Assembly: GCA_030681595.1 (NCBI GenBank)
Contig: JAUXSB010000033.1
Coordinates: 12,223 to 76,222 of the forward strand
Source: Candidatus Omnitrophota bacterium
GTDB lineage: Bacteria > Omnitrophota > Gorgyraeia > Ghiorseimicrobiales > Ghiorseimicrobiaceae
DNA length: 64,000 bases
Direction: 5' to 3'
Shown here: positions 54,001 to 63,000 of the stretch, piece by piece
Layout: the number at the start of each line of letters is the position of its first letter
How positions within the stretch are numbered: position 1 is the stretch's first letter
Program-made: the position numbers and the translations under genes
The notes under the pieces: model-generated
What the model saw: only the letters and a program-made list of their open reading frames with translations
The model's database searches: none
What the model was told of the DNA's origin: nothing

Positions 54001-57000
54001 ATTTCTAGAAAAACTAGTAGTTCCATATTATTATCTTCAGGCCCTAATTCTCCACAGTCCCATTCTTTTATGGTCTTCCATTCCTTGCCTTTTGCCTCTT
54101 GCGAATTCACCGGAGAAGATGGATTTTCACTGATTGGGCCGAAAATAGTGTCGTTTCTGCTTAACTCTTCTATTTTCAAATAGTTAGGATTAAATTCACC
54201 ACTATTCTTCACCGCGGGCGAGTCTGCGATAGAATTAAACAAAGAATCATAAAGCTGAACTAAGATATGCTTAATCTCATCTACCTGCGCATCGCTTAAG
54301 ACAAAATAAGGATAAGTTTTTAAATGTTGACGTTTAGCTTCTATAAAACCCAAGAGGGAATCTAATGTTATTTGCCCCCTGCTAATAATCTTTCTTGCGC
54401 CCTCTGTCAGATAGAACTTTGCAAGCCTGCGTACCCAGCCCTGCAAAGCTAAATTAGTTACCCCGTCTGATTCTGAATAGCGAAGATTGTTTTTAATCGC
54501 GTTTAATCTATCCTCCAGCGAAAACTTATCATTGAAGAATTTATTAATGATTCTGCGTTCTTTTTTTGACAGCTCTTCTGACCAGCTCACCCAAGTTTCA
54601 TAGATTCTATCTAAATCGGATACGGCACAAAGCATATCCGCATCATGCAATATTCGCGCTTCGGAGAATTTAAGATGTTCTTCTCTGGGCTGGCCATTTT
54701 CTGCTTTTTCATGGCCTTTTACTATCTGCTTAAGTTCTGGCCTGACGGCCTTATTAAATCTTTCCTCCTTAGTTAAGATTGCACTCATCCATATGGCTGA
54801 ATTCTCTACATGGTTATCCCTGTGCACAATGCAAGCTAAATCGTGCATAAGGATAGATATAATCAGCTTTTCCATATCTACCCCAGCCGCTAAATCCGGC
54901 TCCTCTTTGATAATTTCTAAAGCGACTCTTAAAACCTCTAAAGCATGAGGCAAACCATGTTTAGCAACAATGCCTCTATCAAGATAAAAACGCTTAAACA
55001 AATTAAACGGCATCCAGCGATGAGCTACTTCTATATAATTCCATATATAACCAACAAACTGCGCTGTCTTATCACTATCGCTAAAGATAGTTTCTAGAGA
55101 AGGTTGAATTTGTTGTAAGAATTCTTCTATTCTTAAATAGGCGTTAGATAATTCTCTATCGGAAAGCTGGCTTAAAGCTACTACTTGCGGCACATCGCGC
55201 ACCAAATTAGAGAAAAGATACTCTTCATTTTTCTTATTTAATGCTTCATCGTCGGTTAGCAGGAATTTATCCCTAAAGTCGCGAATTTCATGATCCGTCA
55301 GATCTTTATTTTTCAGCGAATCAATGGCTTTCTGGAATTCTTTTTCCGCCAGCGAGCTGGAGCGGACACGGACAAAGGAAACAACTTGACCTGACAATAA
55401 AGATATGATATCTTCGGTAAGAACTACTTGATAAGGAGGCGCTGAATGAACAATAGAATCATGGAGCGGTTGGAAATACTTGAAGAGAAAATTGAAAATC
55501 TCAAATGGCTGGTCATCACGCCTATCTCTCTTGGTAAAGCCGATATTTCTAACGCTGTCGGCATCATTAGAAAAAGTTCGGGTCTCTTGAATAAGTCTCT
55601 TACCAAAGGAATTGTCTTTGAAAACAAAATCCGCAGGCAATGGACGGCTGATTTCCTTAAAAGAAGGGGTTAACCAATGAGATACCTCATTGATACCAAT
55701 ATAATTATTGACCACCTGCGGGGAGACAAATCCGTTACTGCTTTTCTTGAAGAGATAGAAAAGCGGCAAGCTAAAGCGAGTATCTCTGTAATTACCGAAT
55801 ACGAACTCCTTATTTATCCCTCGCTTAATAAACAGCAGGAAAAAGAAATAATTTCCTTCGTAAGAATCTTTGCTCTGCTTAACATCACCCCATCCATTGT
55901 AAAAACCGCCGCCCGCCTTAAGAGAAAGTATAGCGGCATTGGCATCGTTGATTCCCTCATCGCCGCTACCGCCTACAAAAACAAGTCTATCCTTATCACC
56001 CGCAATATCAAACATTTTAAAGATATTAAGGAAATCCAAATAAAGTCTATTTAAGAAATCCCTGATTCCTTCCGCCGGCGAGCTGGAGCGCATTAACGCC
56101 CATGATAAAGAATCTATTATGGCGTTATAATTAGGCGAATAAGACGTGATACGTTTATCATTCTTCGTATCATAGAGAACATAGCGCAGCTCACCGTCTT
56201 CCAAAGAATGCCTTATAATCACCTCTACGCTTTCAATCCTATATTCAGCACCGTCAAGAGCTCTTAATATGCTGCCGGCCTTATAGGGGATTTGCGCTAA
56301 AATAATCTCTTCTATTGATTCCCTTAATTGAGTAATCTCTTCGATAGCTGATTTTTTCATCGCCCCAAGTTCAAGGCTGCAGCCAACGCACGCACCGCTA
56401 TCTTTTAGCTTCTGCTCAAAATCTTTAACTTTTTTCTGGATATCAGCTATCTGTTCTAACGCGACCTCGATAGACTGCGCCTTATCACCGCTTATTTCGG
56501 GTAATTTTTTAAGAATAGGGCTGGAAAAACCCTTGGCCTGCATTAACTGACGGGGTACAGTTTTAAAATCTCCATCCAGAAAAGACTCAAGCAACATCGC
56601 AGTTTCTTTGTCAGATAGGATTATTTTCCCCCAACGTACAGCATGTAAAAATTTAATAATATCGTAGCTACCGGCAGAAATTAGTTCTCTGCCAAAGCGC
56701 CTATCAATAAAATTTGCCACTTTAGAAAAATCAATAATATTATCTTTTAATTTCAACCGCATAATGCTATCTTGTAATATTTCCTCTGTAAAATTCTTCT
56801 CTTTACCGTAGTTTTCCAAAGAATCAATAAATGATGAAAAATTGCCTTCCGTAAACTTATATGCATCCTCCAAAATCCACTCCAGAGAAGATATTAAATG
56901 GTATGTTCTTGGCCTATTCCAAGCACTATGATCGTCTATTGTAAAAATAAGTATTGAAATATTTTTAACAACACTAAAGAACCGGTCTATCCTTCTGACA

Positions 57001-60000
57001 AAAAGGTTAAATTCTTTGGCATCTTCATCTGAAAACATCGTCGTTGCCCCTGATTTAATCTTCGCAAAAGGAGTCCTTAAGTAAAAAGGCATGGAAAGAT
57101 CTTCCGTGATTAACTTAGCCTCGCCTTTCCTCGCATAAGTAATTTCATAAGTTTGATATATACTGGCATACTCACGCTCTACATCTATAACCTCCAAATC
57201 TAATACCTCATAGCCTTGTTCTTTTAAACGAGCTCTCTCCTGACTTAAATAGGTGCATTCAACCGTCGTGGTCAGGATGCCCTGACCGGTTAATTCTTTA
57301 TACTTTTGGATATCCAATCCAGCATACCTTAATTCTAAATTGATGGCATATCTGAGGGTTTCAAGGGTGTCGCTTATATCTACTATATCTAAAATAACCT
57401 CTCTTAACCTCTTGTCGCTGTAACCTTTGTCCCTCGTGGATTTCATTAAGGCCGGTATCAAACGCGCTGTCTCTAAAACCGGAACAAACGAACTTTCATC
57501 TGTAAGGAACTTAATAATGGCCGGCCTGCCTTCTTCCAGTGTTCGGTAGGCGTTTATACCCTCTTTGTCTAATATAGATGCCAACGCCTCAAGGAATTCC
57601 AAATATAAATTATATTTACCTACATCTCCTTTCGCCTTTTCTATAGCTATTGGAACACCCCACTTTAACGTAGAACAGAAAGGAACTAATTTCTCTTTTA
57701 ATCTCAAGCCGAGGTTTAAAGCCGGCACAAGATAAAGATCCTCACTCCCCGTCTGTTGTAATAATGCGGGAACAGCGACTTTTCTTGCGTATTCAAGATC
57801 ATCATCCGGGTTCAATTTCTTTAACAACTGCTCAATTAATTGTCCACTTATTTCACTCACCGGCGAGCTGGGGAGAGATTCTGGCCCTTCTTTGCTTTGA
57901 TTATTTTTAGCGTCTTTCGCCGCACCTTTTGCTTTTATCGCTTTTATTGTCTCTAAAGTATGTTTTATAAGCGAAACTATGGCGGCACTAAGCACGGCTA
58001 ATTCCGGCATACTAAGCGAAAGAGGGCTGGCGGATTGGCCCGATGCCTCAATCGTCTTATTTATCAAAGTATTTCCTTCTTGGATATCCTCCGGTAAGTC
58101 GGAGGTAGTATCGTCAAAAAGAGAACCGCCACCCTTTTCAACATCATACAGTCCTTCATATTCGAAATAATCCTCTTCGCTTAACGGCGTAAAATAGGAC
58201 TTGCGAGAAACAATATCTCCCCACTTTACTCCATTGAGATAAGGCCCGTACGCATCAGACCAATAGGTTTCATGTTTGGGGTTTCTATTAATTCTATCCA
58301 CTAATACTTGAGCCGGGCCTTCAATTAAACCTCTCTCTACGGGAGACTGATGTGGATCCCCCCACTCATCTCCGGAAAAACAATATATTCTTTTTTCAAT
58401 ATCAATGGCTAATTCATTATCTACCATTATAATATCTTTAACGTCGGTCGCCCTCACAGTTCCGGGGAAAATTTTACTTATTTCGTGAACAACCGGAATC
58501 CCGGCCAATATTCTTCTTTGCTCTTTAAGCCTGGCGGTAATAAAAGCCCGCCTTTGCCTCTTAGCAGCAGATGACAAGTAGTTTTTATTCCCCGGCGAGC
58601 TGGAGCGTATCCACTCCTTAGGCCTAAAACTAACTCTGACTATAGGGTTAATTAAAGCGTTGTTCCTTCTCTGCATATTCTTTATTCCAGACTCATAGGC
58701 TGCAGCCATAAGTTTTATACCTATGCCATGGTCGCTGGCTAACGATACTGCTCTATCAAAAGGCTTACCTTCAAAAAGGATGTCTAAAAATTCTTTACTT
58801 GGGGACTTATCATCTTCTAACTTTGGTGTTTCTTCTAGTATTGGCTCGCTATTTTCAAAAATAAGGTTGCTTTTAAACGTCCTCATATAGCGGTGGTTTT
58901 CCCCTCCTAATGCCTTTGGTTTTTTGTGCAGTTGAGGATCAAAAATCCTGGCTTCTCTCGTATATCTAATATCTAAAGCTTTATGAAGAACAACCCTGAC
59001 ATCCTCAATCTTTACAAGCCCTGAACGAAGCTTCATTTCTTGAGAAGGATGACGCATTGTAACGCCTTCATGTTTTAGGCTCAAATGAACAGTAGTTATC
59101 AAGTTACCTTTGCTAAAAAAGTCTATAACAACATCTGTATTCACATCATAGAGGTCTTTTACGGGACGATATTGATTAATTTCTTTATCAGCAATACGAT
59201 GCACTATGCCATTGCTATCCCTTTTGAAAGGAAAGGCTTCATATAAATCAAGAGGTGTTTTCCAAACAGTATTTACATCCGCATAATCAATGATAATGTC
59301 TGAATACCTTAACAACCAAGGAATAATATCAAAAAAGTGGTAGCCGGAATGAGCCATTTTGCCGCCCCAACGAGAATAGAGCGCATTGTATATCCCATAA
59401 CTGCCGGGCCACTGGTCTTTGCTGAATATAGGGTATCCATCATTTACCTGATATACAATACTCTCTACTGGAATCTTCTTGTTGTTTAAACGCGCAGAGG
59501 AAATGTGGCCTGCCATTCTTTTAAATATATCTCCGTAGCGCTTCTGCGTAGCAAGCATAAAAAGTACGCCCTTAGGACACTTACCACGCAGCTCTTTATA
59601 ATCTTTATATATTTTTCGGGCAGCAGCTATATCTGTGTTGCATTTCTTTGGAAGAGTCAGCGGCTTATCAACTAATACGTGAAAATTATTTTTTAGCGCC
59701 CATTTCACATATGTTTTATGCGTATCCGCGCCTGTAGAAACCACAATCGCCTTTTTAGCATAGGACTGTAACCTTTCTTTCGCCTCATCTTTCCACCGCG
59801 TTGATATAGGTATCTCTATTTGCTCCCGGTTCACACCAATACTTCTATAAAATTCCTCCAGTTCTGCCTCGTGTTTTTTATACCAACTTTCATTTTCACG
59901 CTTTCTGCCTTGCTTTTTATTATAATATTTAAGGTCAACAACTCCCACTAACCTACTTTTTCCTTCTCGCTGATATTCCCTTATGGTCTGTAAATGCGCT

Positions 60001-63000
60001 GATAACGCATATCTTCCTGCCCCGATAAGAACGATTCCTACTTCCTCCGCCGGCCTGCCCGACTTCTTTGTGGCGGGCGAGCTGACAGGCGTAAGTTTTT
60101 TCCTTGCAATTGCTGATATACGCTCACCTCTCCCTTCCTTCTCAATCTTTTCCTTATCACGTTTTATTCGTATAAAATCAGCATCGCTGATTCTTCCATG
60201 CCTATGCTCACGCTCTACTTTCTTAAGATTAACTTCTGTTTCTAAAGCCACAACTTCGAATCCATTGCGTCTCAATAAATTACTTAATGAATCCGGGGAA
60301 AAGAAGTAGAAATGGCCAATCATATGATCATAGAACTCTCCCTTCTGCAATTCAGCCACTTCGCTATCCAAATTAGGAGATCTGGTTATATAAATATATC
60401 CACCTTCTCTTAATACACGGTGGGCTTGTTTAATCTCGGCATTAGGATCAATCAAGTGCTCCATAACGGCAAAATAGCACAACAAGTCAAATTCTTTATC
60501 CTTGCGATCTTGTAAGGTTCCTACAAAGCCATCAACTCTTTTTTCCTTTAGGCTTGCTACGGCAGTAGGCGAGGGATCGATGCCTATAGTTTCAATTCCT
60601 TTTTTTGCTAAAAGATTAATGTAATCCGATACTGTACCGCATCCTACATCTGCCGCTCGTTTTATTTGATGATTACCTCCTATTATGGAAAATAAATGAT
60701 TTAATTCTGATTGCGCTCTTTCTAATCTCCTCTGTGACGCGGTATAGCCGCTAGTCCAATTCCTAACCCACATTTCGCTAACGTACTTTAGATGACAACC
60801 TTGACACTCTACAATAATATGAAGCTCAGAAGCTCTATATCCTACTCCTTTAACGGCGGTCTTTCCTTTGGGGACCTCATTACTACCAACGATAGGGTGT
60901 ACTTTGAGAAATTCTTTCTGTCGGGACGAACCGCAAACACAACACCTGTCAGTCTTTATTATATCCAGATATTTGCGTCCCTCTGTATCCCGCATTGCAT
61001 CAGTTTCATTCCTTATGCCTTTATAAAGATAGCTGATGAATTCATGGTAGAGAATTTCTACAGGCAGGCTAAAGAAATACGGATGGATATAAACAGTTTT
61101 TGATGAGATATCGCAGGCGGCGACATTGCCGCGGGTAAAGATTTTTTCGGTGCTGACAATTACGGTAACCTCCGGCGGGCCGCGGGCTATCTGGTTAAGT
61201 TTGGCTAATTGCGCTTTTAATACTCCTTCCCAATTTTCATAGAACCTGCCTTTTTCTAGAACCAAATCATAACCGTCTTTGGTTAACAGGGCTTTTGCTT
61301 TAGTTATTGTGCCTGTGCCGTATTGGGATATGGCCTTGTCATGCTCTTCTTCAGGCACAGGTAAATCATAGGACAGACTTGAAGCAAGGGGGCTGGAGGA
61401 TTCTTTTATTGTATTGAGGAGGCTGGCGGGGGTCAGTCCGGAGATAAATCCAGTCGCCAGCCCATCCCCAATAGCCCCTATCTCTCCTGCCACGCCCGCC
61501 AGACCGAAGTCGGGCTGGGAAGAAGTTAGCAGCTTGACATTTGATAAAATAAGCCCCGTTAGAGAGCGGAAAATACGCACCACCAGCCACGGAAGGTAAC
61601 GTATAACCGTTATAATCATCTCTAACGGGGCATTGAGATTTACTGGCGAAGATGGATTATTTTCTTTTGAATCCGCAGAATGCTCAAAAGTAATAAAACT
61701 TAGTTCTCTACCTGTTATATTTAACCTTGTCAAATCCCCATAGCGCAATCCTTTTTCTTCGGCATCCAAGAAATATTTCAATATCGGCCCAAATCCGGAA
61801 TGCCGAACATTATCTTGGCCGCGTTCATTCCTAGCCACAAGAATATCAGAATTTTTGGCTATGCTGTCAAAAGCTGAACCCAGATAAATAGGAATATAAA
61901 CGCGCTCTTTGCGAGTTAGCAACAGAAAATCGTCAAGGTTGGAATCCCCTATTGCTAAAACAGCGCCTTCGGATTGCAAAGTATCCAATTCTTCCCTAAT
62001 AACATCCCGTTTACCTCTCAGGACAACCTCTGTAAAGCTTGTACCTCCAAAGAATAAATATTTATTTTCTTTATCAAATTCGCTGTTCCGTCCAAATAAG
62101 ATTCGCTGGGTTAATGCTGGGATATCCGAACCGGAAATCGGTGTGTTCTCTTTATAGAAAACAAGAACTAATGCGCTTCCAAAAGGCCAAAATTGGATAC
62201 CTTTAATATGTGTAATATGGGTGGCTATTTTTTCTAATCTCTTCAATTCTTCGTTAAGGTTCCCGACCATATCAGTAGACCATATCTCTTTTGCTTGAGG
62301 CCCCGCCAAGAAAGTTTCCAAAGACATATTTTTATGCAGTGCGCAGAAAACAGATATCATGGCTCGTCCGATTTCTATTTGGATATTTTCCGGGATCCCC
62401 TTCTTTTCATCCTCAGATATCCTTTCCTCTCCTTGCTCATTAAAAATAACAACCCCCTTATCGTTAACGTAATATATTTTAAGGTTCTGTATATGTTCCA
62501 TCTTACCTAAAGCTTTTAAAGTCTTTCTGACAGGAATCGCAATACGTTTCTGAAGAGATTTTCTCCCGAAATTCATTCCTGCATATTCAGCCAAATAAGG
62601 ACTTCCGCTGATCGAGATGAATCTCTTATCGCTCAGTAAACACCGCAGGGTTTGTTCTAAGTTCAACCCGCTCACTGGGGTAATATTATCCGTCATGGTG
62701 TAATCAACATCACTAACAACGGCGGCTATTTTAACTTTCTCATCTTGGATCGGACTGTTGCCGATATTCTTTGTAACCACAAAGACAATCCAGCCACGGT
62801 CTTTTTCAAACTCAATCCGTGTTTCTTTACTGATCCTCTTGCCTTCTCTATCAAGCAGGAATATCTGTTCACCTTCCACCTCATAACTATGGACTTTGGA
62901 CAGAACGTCATTCAACCAATACAAATATTCATCCTTGTTAGAGAGCTTATAAATTTCAACGCGATCCTGAGTCAAGACAGCCACGCGCCTATGATGGGGA

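Noticed and set aside
55386-55411. Confident sigma70 promoter call for vapBC
   Set aside because: The -35 TTGACC is perfect, but the spacing to the best -10-like hexamers is non-optimal (12-15 nt). It is kept only as a low-confidence feature.
55424-55426. Apparent in-frame TAG separating two giant ORFs just upstream of vapB
   Set aside because: On re-indexing, this CTA triplet lies in minus phase 2, where it is the stop of the small track ORF 55424-55627. It is not in the giant frame (phase 0). Phase 0 reads ...AP-PYQVVLTEDIISLLSGQVVSFVRVRSSSL... straight through.
61366-61590. Minus-strand 74-aa ORF (phase 1) MAGGAYFPLSNG... in the track
   Set aside because: It is an alternative-frame read of the GC-rich island and hairpin element. 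GC-richness suppresses stops; there are no other coding signals.
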